From NCBI GenBank assembly GCA_965216565.1, contig OZ244170.1, positions 3,744,001 to 3,808,000 on the forward strand: a DNA stretch of 64,000 nucleotides, read 5' to 3'. This document shows, in pieces, positions 1-10,213 of the stretch (position 1 is its first letter; every line of letters begins with the position of its first letter). The position numbers and the translations under genes were made by a program. The notes under the pieces were generated by a model, which worked only from the letters and a program-made list of their open reading frames with translations, was not told where the DNA came from and made no database searches. Source of the stretch: Bythopirellula sp. (lineage in GTDB: Bacteria > Planctomycetota > Planctomycetia > Pirellulales > Lacipirellulaceae).

Positions 1-25
1 CTTTCTTAGAAGTAGATTTTCCAAT

Positions 26-62
26 AAACAAAAAAGGATGCACCCAAATCGGCGCATCCCTT
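26..62 (-). terminator. Intrinsic terminator after rpmA
   Basis: Minus strand reads AAGGGATGCGCC-GATTT-GGGTGCATCCTT followed by a T-tract. Confidence 0.7.
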
Positions 63-74
63 GGTTCAAACCTT

Positions 75-107
75 CTCTAGACTCTGGTCTCTAGACTCTT
101 GCTCTCA
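75..107. repeat. CTCTnGn heptamer tandem array
   Basis: ctctaga ctctggt ctctaga ctcttg ctctca directly after the rpmA stop. Confidence 0.7.
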
Positions 108-108
108 A

Positions 109-357
109 TTATGCCGATTGAACGATGTTGATCCGTCGTCCCTTGCGGTCGAACATCACTTGTCCGTCGACGAGCGCAAACAAGGTGTAATCCTTGCCCT
201 GGCCCACTCCACTGCCGGGGTGATACTTGTTGCCAACCTGGCGAATGAGAATATTACCGGCCTCGACCTTTTCGCCGCCGAACTTCTTCACACCACGTCG
301 CTGAGCATTGGAGTCGCGACCGTTACGGCTAGACCCCTGACCTTTTTTATGAGCCAT
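109..357 (-). CDS. rpmA: 50S ribosomal protein L27
   Basis: [24 protein letters not shown] signature; start trimmed to ATG at 357. Confidence 0.97.
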   Translation of the reverse strand: MAHKKGQGSSRNGRDSNAQRRGVKKFGGEKVEAGNILIRQVGNKYHPGSGVGQGKDYTLFALVDGQVMFDRKGRRINIVQSA

Positions 358-450
358 TGTACTTTCACCCCCTTCAACTGGGGTGCCTACCATCTACTTA
401 GGGCAATAAAACTGCGGAAATCAATCCCCCAGTTTAGCAAGTCAGATAGC

Positions 451-1428
451 TTAGCGGTAGACCCAGCGATAAGCAACGCCTTCGCCCGTGCCGTAGTACT
501 CGGCATAGCCAGGAGCCACGCCAAAGCGGATTTCCCGCTCGTTTTCGGCCAAAGTATCGCCCGGACGCCAGAAATTGAGCTGGAGCATTTTGCGGAAAAA
601 CCGCCGCCCCTTACCGAAAGAATCGCCAGCCTGGAAGGCCTCGGGGTTGTCTTTCCAGCGATAGGCATTCGTGAGGCCATTGACGTAGACGCTCAGAAAA
701 TCGATCGAGGGGTCGACATCTTCCCAGATAGCGACGCCCCACAGCCCACCGACCGATCGACCACTCTCGACAGCTAGCAGCGATTCAGAAATCTCTGCAC
801 TGTTGAGCAAACTGTTTCCAGAAAACTCGCGCTCTTCAATCACCGGCACTGCCGCAGGCAGCACCCGATCGAGGTACGCTTTGCGGATCGGTTTGCCTTG
901 GGCATCGCGATCTCGACTGGTCAGGATAAATTGCGGAACAAAGCGGTGCGGCTCCGGGGCCACTTCTCCGGTCTTGAAACTCCCGTCTGCTTGCTCTTCG
1001 GGGCCCAGCGTGGCGCCGGTGTTCCTCACCCGATAGACCATGTACCAAATCAACTTACGCTGCATCCGGCCCGAGGGCTGTGGCACGTCGACGTAAACCA
1101 TTCTTAACGGCTTGAACGACAACTCCAAACACCAGACGTCCCGTCGATAACGAACGTCCTTGGCCATCTCGTAAAGTGTACGGCTCTCTGTGTCGTAGTT
1201 AGGTTTCCGTTGGAGCGACTTGTCGGCGAGCAACTCAATCACATCGTGTTTGCCGACGGTGTCTTCTGGATCGATGTCTGGCTCGATAGTAGTGACCACT
1301 CCCGCAGCAAACCGCGATTCTCCAGACTGCGCAGCCGCCTGGGCGTTTGCCGGATTTTCGACAGCAACCAGGGAGAGTCCCCCGAGGAGGATTGTGGCGC
1401 AAACTAAGCGGGGAATAAATCGTGACAT
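451..1428 (-). CDS. Hypothetical exported protein
   Basis: 325 aa ORF with Sec-type signal peptide (..PANA-QA) and GGAG upstream. Confidence 0.75.
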   Translation of the reverse strand: MSRFIPRLVCATILLGGLSLVAVENPANAQAAAQSGESRFAAGVVTTIEPDIDPEDTVGKHDVIELLADKSLQRKPNYDTESRTLYEMAKDVRYRRDVWCLELSFKPLRMVYVDVPQPSGRMQRKLIWYMVYRVRNTGATLGPEEQADGSFKTGEVAPEPHRFVPQFILTSRDRDAQGKPIRKAYLDRVLPAAVPVIEEREFSGNSLLNSAEISESLLAVESGRSVGGLWGVAIWEDVDPSIDFLSVYVNGLTNAYRWKDNPEAFQAGDSFGKGRRFFRKMLQLNFWRPGDTLAENEREIRFGVAPGYAEYYGTGEGVAYRWVYR

Positions 1429-1593
1429 GGAGGGTCTCAGCCGGTAAGAGGCAAATACAAAGGTGTATATGCAGTATAAGTACCGGCAAGCCAGGCGGCA
1501 AATTTTAGAGTGTCGGAGGCCCTATATTCGGCACAGCCAGTGCAGGTGTCAGCTAAGCCGCAGGAGTAGGATGTATCGAAGCCGTGAGCATCC

Positions 1594-2319
1594 CTACCTG
1601 TGAAGGGTGCCATTTTCTGGCCTGCCTAGCAGTGGCACCCGGCGAGAAATCGAAATCCCAATTGCAACGATCACGAAACTAGCAGTAGTAGGTTCCGGAA
1701 TCGTAGGAAACTCGACGACAAAGCTCGAAACTGGCAATCCAAACATCGCAGCTTCATCGTTCCACGCAAGTTCGTCACCAGGCAGAAAACGTGGATCTAG
1801 TATATGCGTGTAAATTTCTGGAAATCCTCCCCTCCCAGAATAATCGTTAGGTTCTCCGGGTGCCCAATCTGTGAAATCAAACGGCTCGCCTGTCACCCAA
1901 CTCCAACCGACCGCAGGATCAATTGTTTCGAGCGTCCGGATTCCGCCAATCCACCAACCTGTTCCTAGGTTGAAACGTAGAGTTCCATCAGGACCTTCCG
2001 CCACAAAAGGCGAATCCATAATCAATTGTTCAATGAATTCATTTTCTTCAGCGGAAGTGATCGACGCTAGATCCCCTCCAAAGGCCAATGCTGCATTTCT
2101 TGCTTCTTCCCAAGAGACTCTGTCTTCCTCACTCCGACACGATGGCCTCCTCCTCCCATTACCACAAAAATGCACAACCTGGTAGCGATGATCGTTGCCT
2201 CCCCTTTCGGTCCTCCATAACTTAGCCGGTGACCTAGTCAATTCTGCTAGCGTTGGACTTAACGAAAGCATTGAAAACCCAAGGACGATTAAAGGGATGT
2301 AGACGGTTTTTGTCATCAT
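1594..2319 (-). CDS. C-type lectin domain PEP-CTERM protein
   Basis: Signal peptide; SWEEARNAA..GGDLASITSAEEN, WIGG, W.W.TGE..F..W.PGEPN, WND lectin motifs; C-terminal IPEPTT-TM-RR. Confidence 0.85.
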   Translation of the reverse strand: MMTKTVYIPLIVLGFSMLSLSPTLAELTRSPAKLWRTERGGNDHRYQVVHFCGNGRRRPSCRSEEDRVSWEEARNAALAFGGDLASITSAEENEFIEQLIMDSPFVAEGPDGTLRFNLGTGWWIGGIRTLETIDPAVGWSWVTGEPFDFTDWAPGEPNDYSGRGGFPEIYTHILDPRFLPGDELAWNDEAAMFGLPVSSFVVEFPTIPEPTTASFVIVAIGISISRRVPLLGRPENGTLHR

Positions 2320-2330
2320 CGATGTGGATT

Positions 2331-2422
2331 GCCAAACGAAAAAAAGTCGCCGCGAATCCCACGCTAGTCACCTTCCCAGGAAAGATGAGCGCTAGGTTTC
2401 GCGGCGACTTTTTTTCGTTGGC
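2331..2422. terminator. Long hairpin with A-tract and T-tract arms (bidirectional terminator- or attenuator-like)
   Basis: gccaaacgaaaaaaagtcgccgcgaa ... ttcgcggcgacttttttt cgttggc with an inner stem. Confidence 0.6.
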
Positions 2423-2505
2423 GTTTCTCTTGTGGACTAATTGTTTAACCGGGCTTTATTGTAGCTGCAGCTGCTGTCCGTGGCCAGAGATTCGACACCC
2501 CCCAT

Positions 2506-2555
2506 AAAAACATCGGCCCCGCGCACCTACTGGGGGTTCAGGCGCACGGGGCACG
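2506..2555 (-). terminator. Intrinsic terminator after the EF-hand gene
   Basis: GCCCCGTGCGCCT-loop-AGGTGCGCGGGGC followed by GATGTTTT on the minus strand. Confidence 0.6.
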
Positions 2556-2588
2556 ACGAATACAGCCGAGCTATTTGGGAGGTTGGAC

Positions 2589-3524
2589 CTAAACCGACTG
2601 TTCCTTGAAGGACGACTCGGCAGTTGGCTCGGCATTACCGAAATCGGGGCCCGGTCCACCACGGCGTTTTCCTTTGCGTGGGCGGCCTTCTCGATCGCCT
2701 TCCGGCGGAGGTCCAGGAGGCCCAAACTCACCTCGACCGCGACCTTGACGCCCTCGGCGAGCTTTCATCTCTTGGGCCAACTCCTTGAATTCGTCGAGGC
2801 TCAATTGACCGTCTTCATTGGCATCGAAGTCTTGGAATACTTGCTCCGGGTCGGGGGGGCCCATGGGTCCGCCTTCGGGACCTCTTGGTCCGCCGCGCTG
2901 CCGCTTCTTGCCTTTCGCTCCCTTACCCTTGCCTTTTCCTTTGTCGCCTTTTCTCAAATCACGGCCCCGCTCACGTGCCCGATCGCGAGGACCACGTTCA
3001 CGCTCGCCATCCTCGACCGAATCTTGATTTTGAAGTGGGCGGAAGCGATCTCCATCGAAACCCTCGCCACGCGGACCACGCCGGGGTCGATCTGCGCCCT
3101 CAGGTGGAGGTCCTGGTCGATCGCCGCGACGTCCACGCTCGCCTCGAGGTCCACCTTCGCCGGGAGCACCGAAACGCTCGCGCATTTTTCGCACGGCTTT
3201 GGCGAGCTCCATAAACTCGTCTCGGCTGAGGTGGTCGTCGCCATCGGCATCGAACATTTCAAACATTTGCTCGGGATCGCCACCCGGCCGTGGCCCACCT
3301 TCGCGTCCTTTGCGACCGCCCCGCTGTTCGCGAGCAGTGGCACGTTCGTCGTCGCTCAGCTGGCCGTCTCCGTCGGCATCAAAACGCTCAATCATTCTTT
3401 CGCGAATCTGGGAACGATCTGGACGGTCCGCGGCCCCCTGGTCCGTACTGTCGTCGGCACAGGTGACCGATCCTGTGAGTGATAAAACCGCTACGAGGGT
3501 CAGTAGAGTGTGGATCTGTTTCAT
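2589..3524 (-). CDS. Secreted EF-hand domain protein with Gly/Arg/Pro-rich linkers
   Basis: Three EF-hand loops (DADGDGQLSDDE, DADGDDHLSRDE, DANEDGQLSLDE); signal peptide from MKQIH. Confidence 0.85.
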   Translation of the reverse strand: MKQIHTLLTLVAVLSLTGSVTCADDSTDQGAADRPDRSQIRERMIERFDADGDGQLSDDERATAREQRGGRKGREGGPRPGGDPEQMFEMFDADGDDHLSRDEFMELAKAVRKMRERFGAPGEGGPRGERGRRGDRPGPPPEGADRPRRGPRGEGFDGDRFRPLQNQDSVEDGERERGPRDRARERGRDLRKGDKGKGKGKGAKGKKRQRGGPRGPEGGPMGPPDPEQVFQDFDANEDGQLSLDEFKELAQEMKARRGRQGRGRGEFGPPGPPPEGDREGRPRKGKRRGGPGPDFGNAEPTAESSFKEQSV

Positions 3525-3743
3525 GGGATTATGCTCGCTTGTTGGATGGCGACGTTTTGTCACGAAAAGCAACGTCTCTACCTACTAAACTCCACAGGGC
3601 GTTGGGAGTTTCGTGAGGAGGGCAAAAAACAGAGATTTTCTCCCTGGGACTTCGGCTAGCCCAGGTATCCCTAGGGAGGGGCGGTAGCGTAGAATGCTGA
3701 GCTCTCAGAAACCCTTAATCACCGCTCCGATTGACCTCGCGTT

Positions 3744-5603
3744 ATGGACCACCCTGCCATCTATCTGGCCTCTGTTTTGGGCCTGGGAATTGCCGCCCAG
3801 TGGGTCGCCTGGCGATTTCGTCTGCCTGCCATCGTTCTGCTGCTGCTGTTTGGCGTGCTGATGGGCAAGTTTGGCCCGCAGCTATCCTCGGATTCGGACG
3901 AGGGATTTTTCTTTGCCGCCATCTCGTTGGCCGTTGGAATCATCCTGTTCGAAGGTGGATTGACGCTGAACTTCAAGGAGCTGGGGGGGTCGGGTGCCGT
4001 CGTATTCCGGCTGGTGACGGTGGGACTGGTGATTACCTGGCTCTTTACCGCTTGGCTCGCCTACAACGTGGTCGAGTTCTCCCTGCCGATGTCGTTCCTC
4101 TTGGGAGCATTGCTGACGGTCAGCGGGCCGACGGTCGTGCTGCCACTCTTGAGGCATGTGCAACCGGTGCGTCGCATCGGCACACTCGCTAAATGGGAAG
4201 GCATCGTCAACGATCCCATCGGCGCGGTGCTGGCCGCGTTGGTGTTCGAAGTTATCCTGCACCATCCGGGCGAGGAATTTTCCAGCAGCTGGTTGACTGG
4301 CCTGGGGACCACCCTCTTCTACTCCATCCTGCTAAGCTGCGCCAGCGGATGGCTATTGCTGCAATTGCTCAAACGCTATTGGGTGCCCGACTACCTGCAA
4401 AACCCGGTCATCCTGTCCTGGGTCATCCTGGTGTTTGCCATTTCGAATCAACTCGCTCACGAGTCGGGATTGGTGACGGTCACTCTGCTGGGTCTGATTC
4501 TCGGAAATCAACGCACCGTGGCCGTTCGGCATATCATAGAGTTCAAGGAAAACTTGAGCGTGCTGTTGATCTCCACGTTGTTCATCGTGCTTTCGTCGCG
4601 ACTGAAAGTCGATGCTGCGGCACTGGAAATGCTTGGCTGGGAAAGCGTGCTCTTCGTTGTGCTACTCATCCTATTGGTGCGTCCCATCGCAGTTTTCGTT
4701 TCTACTTTTGGCAGCAATCTACCTTGGCAAGAACGGGCTTTCCTGGCTTGGGTGCATCCACGCGGAATCGTGGCGGCGGCCGTCAGCTCCCTCTTCGCCT
4801 TGGAGATCGTGTTGGAAAGCGAGCACGGGGGGCTGGATCTCCTAGCTTCTGAAGCAGACCGTTTCGTACTGATCACCTTCTTCGTGATCGTCGCTACAGT
4901 GACGACCTACGGATTGACTTTGGCTCCGTTGGCCCGATTGTTGGGACTCTCCGGTGAAAACCCCCAGGGCATCATCTTTGCCGGTGCCTCGCCGGCGGTT
5001 CGCGAGATCGCCATGTCCGTGCAGGAAGAAGGCTTCACGGTCCTGCTGGTCGACACCAATCCTCGCAACAATGCCGCGGCCCGCATGGCAGGGCTCAATG
5101 TCTCCTACGCCAGTATCGGCAGCGAATTTGTCCAGGAAGAAATCGATCTCGGCGGCATCGGACGACTATTGGCCATGACGAGCAACGACGAAGTGAACAC
5201 TCTAGCCGCGATCGGCTTCATCGAACGATTTGGTCGCGCGGAGGTCTATCAGGTCGAAGTCTCTGCGGCCTCGAGTGATCGTACCGAAACCGTCGGCGCG
5301 TATCGCACGGGTCGTACGCTGTTCGACAAGCCGGTCACCATCGAAGAACTCGAAGAACGATTCCGCCAGGGTCAGGTCGTCAAGAAGACGCTGCTTACCA
5401 ATGACTTCACCTACGACGATTTCCTCGCTCGTTATGGCGAGAAAGCGCTCGTGCTGTTTTGCACAGACACAACGGGCAAGTTCCTCATTGTGGCTACGGG
5501 CGAGACTGACATGGCACCACGGCCTGGCCAGAAAGTCTTTGCTTTGGTGGACGCAGGAGATAATAACTCGTCCGACAGCATTTCCTCGAAGGCTACCTCA
5601 TGA
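3744..5603 (+). CDS. CPA1/NhaP-type cation:proton antiporter with C-terminal TrkA-N-like domain
   Basis: About 12 TM helices, ILFEGGL, TVSGPTVV, EGIVNDPIG, PRGIVAAA motifs. Confidence 0.9.
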   Translation: MDHPAIYLASVLGLGIAAQWVAWRFRLPAIVLLLLFGVLMGKFGPQLSSDSDEGFFFAAISLAVGIILFEGGLTLNFKELGGSGAVVFRLVTVGLVITWLFTAWLAYNVVEFSLPMSFLLGALLTVSGPTVVLPLLRHVQPVRRIGTLAKWEGIVNDPIGAVLAALVFEVILHHPGEEFSSSWLTGLGTTLFYSILLSCASGWLLLQLLKRYWVPDYLQNPVILSWVILVFAISNQLAHESGLVTVTLLGLILGNQRTVAVRHIIEFKENLSVLLISTLFIVLSSRLKVDAAALEMLGWESVLFVVLLILLVRPIAVFVSTFGSNLPWQERAFLAWVHPRGIVAAAVSSLFALEIVLESEHGGLDLLASEADRFVLITFFVIVATVTTYGLTLAPLARLLGLSGENPQGIIFAGASPAVREIAMSVQEEGFTVLLVDTNPRNNAAARMAGLNVSYASIGSEFVQEEIDLGGIGRLLAMTSNDEVNTLAAIGFIERFGRAEVYQVEVSAASSDRTETVGAYRTGRTLFDKPVTIEELEERFRQGQVVKKTLLTNDFTYDDFLARYGEKALVLFCTDTTGKFLIVATGETDMAPRPGQKVFALVDAGDNNSSDSISSKATS

Positions 5604-6982
5604 AGACCACATTGCTCTGCTCGATGTTGATATTTGAATTGTGCCAGTTGTCTCAAGCAAATGCACAGGCAGTGGCCGAGCTCAAGGAACCGCGGCAAAC
5701 GGATTCCTCGCAAGCGCTCGAAGAGTACCTAGCCAAGCCCGATGATACCTACCGCTGGAAGAAGATACGCGGCGGCACGTTCGAGGATGCCAAGTACGTC
5801 GAACTCATTCTGCACTCGCAGTCGTGGCGAGAAATCACATGGAAGCATCAGCTCTGGATTCTTCGACCCAAGAAAGTCACCAGCGAGCAGGCGGTGCTGC
5901 TGATTACTGGTGGAACCTGGTCTGATGAACTAGAAGAAGCTGACTACCCCACCGAAATCCCGGGGCAATTAAAGTACCTGGCCAATCTGGCTCGGGAAAT
6001 CGAAGCGCCGGTCGCCGTGATTATGCAGGTGCCCAATCAGCCGCTGTTCGATGGAATGGTGGAAGACAATCTTATCTCGTACACCTTTGAACAGTTCATG
6101 GTCACCGGCGAGGCGGACTGGCCGCTGTTGCTACCCATGGTGAAGAGTGCCATTCGGGCCATGGACGCAATCGAGGAATACTGCGAGAAGTTTTGGCTCC
6201 TGCCGATTGAATCCTTCACTGTCACGGGAGCTTCGAAGCGGGGCTGGACCACGTGGCTCACCGGCGCCAGCGATTCGCGCGTGAATGCCATTGCCCCGAT
6301 GGTCATCGACATCCTCAATATGTCGCCCCAAATGGATCATCAGCTGGAAGTTTGGGGCGATTTCTCAAAGGAAATCAGCGAATACACCTCGCGAGGCCTG
6401 CACGATATCCTACCCACGCCTGGAGGACAAAAACTTGCCGCCGTTGTCGATCCCTATTCTTATCGCAAGTCGCTCACGATGCCCAAGCTCATCATCAACG
6501 GCACCAACGATCCCTACTGGCCTGTGGATGCGCTGAACTTTTATTGGGAGGGACTTCCCAGCCAAAAATATGCGCTCTACGTGCCAAACGGTGGCCATGG
6601 ATTTGAGAGTTATGACCGAGTGCTGGGCGGCATCGCGGCGCTGCATTGCCAGGCAGACGGCCAGCAGGACCTCCCAAAGATTACGTACAGTTTCCAGGAA
6701 GACGGAGATTCGATTCGTCTCACGATCGCGTCGGACCAACCGGTCGATCTCTGCCAGGTCTGGCAAGCCGATGCCCCGCAGCGGGACTTCCGTGCCTCCA
6801 ATTGGAATGCGACAGAACTCTCTGGCAACGGGAAGAAGTATGAGCATGTGTTTCAAAAGCCTGCGACCGGTTCGCTCGCCGTGTTCGGCGAACTAATTTA
6901 TCGCGACCGAGGTTTTCCACTCTATCTTTCCACCAACATGCACGTGGAAGTGAGCGAAGCGACTGCGAACGAGGCAAAGTAG
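5600..6982 (+). CDS. PqaA-like (PhoPQ-activated pathogenicity-related) alpha/beta-hydrolase family protein
   Basis: QVPNQPL, WPLLLPMVKSA..AMD, GASKRGWTTWL, PN.GH motifs; ATGA overlap with the antiporter. Confidence 0.85.
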   Translation: MKTTLLCSMLIFELCQLSQANAQAVAELKEPRQTDSSQALEEYLAKPDDTYRWKKIRGGTFEDAKYVELILHSQSWREITWKHQLWILRPKKVTSEQAVLLITGGTWSDELEEADYPTEIPGQLKYLANLAREIEAPVAVIMQVPNQPLFDGMVEDNLISYTFEQFMVTGEADWPLLLPMVKSAIRAMDAIEEYCEKFWLLPIESFTVTGASKRGWTTWLTGASDSRVNAIAPMVIDILNMSPQMDHQLEVWGDFSKEISEYTSRGLHDILPTPGGQKLAAVVDPYSYRKSLTMPKLIINGTNDPYWPVDALNFYWEGLPSQKYALYVPNGGHGFESYDRVLGGIAALHCQADGQQDLPKITYSFQEDGDSIRLTIASDQPVDLCQVWQADAPQRDFRASNWNATELSGNGKKYEHVFQKPATGSLAVFGELIYRDRGFPLYLSTNMHVEVSEATANEAK

Positions 6983-7052
6983 CCGGACCGCTACTGTCTA
7001 CCCGCGGTGGTGGGCGGTCCGCCGAACTCGGAGGCAAGTGTGCCTCCGGCTA
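6980..7052 (+). repeat. REP/MITE-like element, copy 1
   Basis: TAGCCGGA...TCCGGCTA termini; near-identical inverted copy at 10214-10287. Confidence 0.75.
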
Positions 7053-7059
7053 AGGCCGT

Positions 7060-7884
7060 CTACGTCCCAGCAAGCTGCCAAGTGAGCGGAAATTGCTTGT
7101 AGGCATCTACCAGGTCATCGCACTTGTCGTACTTCTTTGCTGGGGCTAAGAACGCTTCGCCGCGCAACTCAATTTCCGGTTGCTCAAATCGCCAAGGCAA
7201 GACTTGGACCTGAGGAACAGAACCTCGCGCCGTACTCACGCGTTTGATGCCAGTTCCAAGTTCGGTACCCTCAGCCATTGAGTACAGCTCGCTGGCATTC
7301 CCGTCTTGTCGAAAGCAGGCACTGCATAGCCAGAGGCTCATCACATCGACCACCTGTAAGAACAACAGGGCTCGTTGGGCTAACTCTAGGGTATGACCTG
7401 CGGGGTCGAGCCGTTGCCACTGCATCAGCCATTGCTGGCGATCGGTATCGATTCGCCTCACCCAATCTTCGACTTCCTGCAAATCGCATGATTTCGATGA
7501 GGTCTGCAACAGTCCGCGAAAATGGCTGGCGACCAGCCAACCGGCCAACGGACCAATTCTCGCGGCGCTGTCGATCGATCCCGACCAAATCTGAAGCGAT
7601 TCGCCAACCGGCAACTCACGGAACGAAAGTGGCTTGCGACTGGCTTCGTCGAGCCGAGGGCACCGATCCCACTCGTCCCAGCCATCGTCGTGATGCGTGA
7701 CTGCACGCAACACCTCGACGCGCATCGCAGAATCCTGCATCAGGCTGGGAGCATAAAACTGTGCCAACTCGCCACTAATCCGCGCATGCTCCACCTGAGT
7801 GACGATCAGCCAATGCGGCGTGCCGTCGGCATCAGTGTCTTCTGTACAGGGGATTTCTGCACAGGGGATTTCCGTGCGGATCAC
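7060..7884 (-). CDS. DUF3891-like protein
   Basis: MIR..Q..HA.ISG.LA..HHDDGW pattern typical of DUF3891. Confidence 0.75.
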   Translation of the reverse strand: MIRTEIPCAEIPCTEDTDADGTPHWLIVTQVEHARISGELAQFYAPSLMQDSAMRVEVLRAVTHHDDGWDEWDRCPRLDEASRKPLSFRELPVGESLQIWSGSIDSAARIGPLAGWLVASHFRGLLQTSSKSCDLQEVEDWVRRIDTDRQQWLMQWQRLDPAGHTLELAQRALLFLQVVDVMSLWLCSACFRQDGNASELYSMAEGTELGTGIKRVSTARGSVPQVQVLPWRFEQPEIELRGEAFLAPAKKYDKCDDLVDAYKQFPLTWQLAGT

Positions 7885-7924
7885 AGTGACTAAATGCCAT
7901 CAAAATGGTTAATCGAGGCTGTTT

Positions 7925-8968
7925 CTACACGGCTGCGTAGAAGCTAGCGAACTCGTCGATTGAAACCGGCTTGATCTTGTCCGCATTGCCGGCCTGGCCG
8001 AACGACGTCATGCGGGCGACGCACACGTCCTTCATCGCAGCACGTGCAGGCTTCAGATAGTCGCGGGGGTCAAACTTCTCAGGCGACTCCGCAAATACCT
8101 TGCGAATTGCACCAGTGATGGCCAGTCGATTGTCGGTATCGACGTTCACCTTACGCACTCCGTGCTTGATGCCGCGCTGGATCTCTTCGACTGGCACGCC
8201 CCAGGTTTGCTTGAGCTGACCGCCGTTGGCGTTGATGATGTCTTGCAGTTCTTGAGGAACGCTACTGCTCCCGTGCATCACCAAGTGGCAATTGGGCAGT
8301 CGACGATGGATCTCTTCGATTCGCTCCATGTCTAATACTTCGCCGGTCGGCTCGCTCGTGAACTTGTAAGCACCGTGGCTGGTACCAATCGCCACGGCCA
8401 AGGCGTCGACCGAGGTTTCGGCCACAAATCGTTCGGCTTCGTCCGGATCGGTCAGGAGCTGATCTTTCGTGAGCTTGCCGGTGGCGCCGTGGCCATCTTC
8501 CTGCTCGCCTTCGCCAGACTCGAGCGACCCCAAGCATCCCAGTTCGCCCTCGACCGAAACACCTTGGGCATGGGCCAGTTCGACGACCTCTTTGGTCACC
8601 CGCACGTTGTAATCAAAGTCGGCTGGAGTCTTGCCATCGGCCTCCAGCGAGCCATCCATCATGACGCTGGTAAATCCATTTTCAATGGCACTCTTGCAGG
8701 TCTCGGGACTATTGCCGTGATCCTGGTGCATGACCATTGGGATGTTTGGATAGAGCTCCGCTGCCGCCAGCATCAGATGCCGGAGGTAGTTATCTTGCGA
8801 ATAGGATCGAGCACCGCGGCTCGCCTGCACGATGACCGGTGAATTGGTCTCCTCGGCAGCTTCCATAATTGCTTGGATCTGCTCCATATTGTTCACATTG
8901 AAGGCCGCCAAACCGTAATCGTTTTCAGCAGCGTGGTCTAGCAACAGTCGCATGGGAACTAAGGGCAT
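7925..8968 (-). CDS. fba: Class II fructose-bisphosphate aldolase
   Basis: [44 protein letters not shown]; start trimmed to MPLVPMR. Confidence 0.95.
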   Translation of the reverse strand: MPLVPMRLLLDHAAENDYGLAAFNVNNMEQIQAIMEAAEETNSPVIVQASRGARSYSQDNYLRHLMLAAAELYPNIPMVMHQDHGNSPETCKSAIENGFTSVMMDGSLEADGKTPADFDYNVRVTKEVVELAHAQGVSVEGELGCLGSLESGEGEQEDGHGATGKLTKDQLLTDPDEAERFVAETSVDALAVAIGTSHGAYKFTSEPTGEVLDMERIEEIHRRLPNCHLVMHGSSSVPQELQDIINANGGQLKQTWGVPVEEIQRGIKHGVRKVNVDTDNRLAITGAIRKVFAESPEKFDPRDYLKPARAAMKDVCVARMTSFGQAGNADKIKPVSIDEFASFYAAV

Positions 8969-9135
8969 CGTACTCAACTCCTCGGTTGGAATAGGATCGG
9001 AGGGAAAGGGTGTGCAAAATCTTCTCTGGAAAGTGCTGCCTGGAAAACAGAAAACACTAGGAGCCCACTGCCGGTGGGCTGAGAAGCCCTCCATTGTAGC
9101 AACTTGAAGGGCAGAAAGAGAGGGGGTCAGCGGTG

Positions 9136-10032
9136 CTAGTCGCTCGTCGCAAGTCGAGTCCCTGTAAGGATTTCACTGGGCGGCACTTGCAGCAGTCGGA
9201 TCAGCACCAGTTTTTGCTCCGCAGGGCCATCCTTTTCCACCCCGTGGAAAGCCCAGCCCAAGCTACCCTGCGACTCGGGTAGACAGCCAATCACTAAGAC
9301 TTCGCCCGCGGAGAGCGAAGCCTTCATCACCATTTCGTCGTAAGCCACCCGCTCTCGTGAAGGCGTCACCAGGAAGATTCCTTGATCGCTGCCCGCGTAA
9401 CGATTGCGCAATTGACCATGATGCAACTCGGGGGTCAGCCGCACTGCAGCACGCTGCCCCGCAGCCAAACTTGCCCGCAAGTTGTAAGACGCCTGGACCT
9501 CGTCGTAACTCTGCCCCTGTAGTCCGTCCCGGCTATTGATAAACACGTTAATCTTGTCCCGCAATTCTGATGCCTGGACGGTTGCCTGGTCGTCTCGCTT
9601 CAGTTGCAAGAGGCGCCGCACAACACGGGGCGATGCACTTGAGTCGGTGATGACACGTTCGGGAGATTCATCTTCTGGCTCCGAATCACCTAGGAATTGC
9701 TCAGTAAGAATGTCCGGCATCGAACCACCCAGCACACCTACCCGGAATCCATTGCGAGACAGTTCGCGACGCGGCTCCAGGGCGATACGTTGCTCGTCGA
9801 TCGTCGCCCAAATTTCATCCGCTATTTGCCGATCCTCCGCTGGGATGCGAACCTGAAAGATCTCCAACGTGAGACTCTTGGGTCCCGTCTCGACCGCCTT
9901 CAAAAAACTCTGCGGCGTATCCGTAGCAGGTATCGTCAGCATCGCACCGCAGCCACTGCACGCAGCAATTCCCAATGCGCAGCAGATTGGCGCAAGAAAT
10001 CGGGTGAACTTCGTGTACCGAAACAAGTGCAT
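9136..10032 (-). CDS. Hypothetical lipoprotein, possibly secretin-domain-like
   Basis: Signal peptide ending AACSGC; C-terminus [22 protein letters not shown]. Confidence 0.65.
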   Translation of the reverse strand: MHLFRYTKFTRFLAPICCALGIAACSGCGAMLTIPATDTPQSFLKAVETGPKSLTLEIFQVRIPAEDRQIADEIWATIDEQRIALEPRRELSRNGFRVGVLGGSMPDILTEQFLGDSEPEDESPERVITDSSASPRVVRRLLQLKRDDQATVQASELRDKINVFINSRDGLQGQSYDEVQASYNLRASLAAGQRAAVRLTPELHHGQLRNRYAGSDQGIFLVTPSRERVAYDEMVMKASLSAGEVLVIGCLPESQGSLGWAFHGVEKDGPAEQKLVLIRLLQVPPSEILTGTRLATSD

Positions 10033-10213
10033 ACCGGTGGCGTTCTATTCCAGTGGCCAGGTGCGGACGAATTCAGAAGCGCACGAACAGTACGACCCGG
10101 GAAAACTGCTGTCAATGCGATTCCACAGGGATCGGGAACCATGCGAGAACTGCTAGCAGTGGCACTCGGCAAACTGGCGACTGTTAGCGTGGCTAAGAAC
10201 AGAAATTGAAAGC

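Noticed and set aside
2360..2400. CTGGGAAGG as a cobalamin riboswitch B12-box
   Set aside because: Other conserved elements (GGGAA..GCCCCCG, GCCACTG) are missing; the motif sits in a simple hairpin.
61..3482. Plus-strand ORFs 61-777 and 2583-3482
   Set aside because: Overlap well-supported minus-strand genes.
7846..7875. 15-nt tandem duplication at the DUF3891 gene start (EIPCA/EIPCT)
   Set aside because: In-frame local duplication with no evident function.
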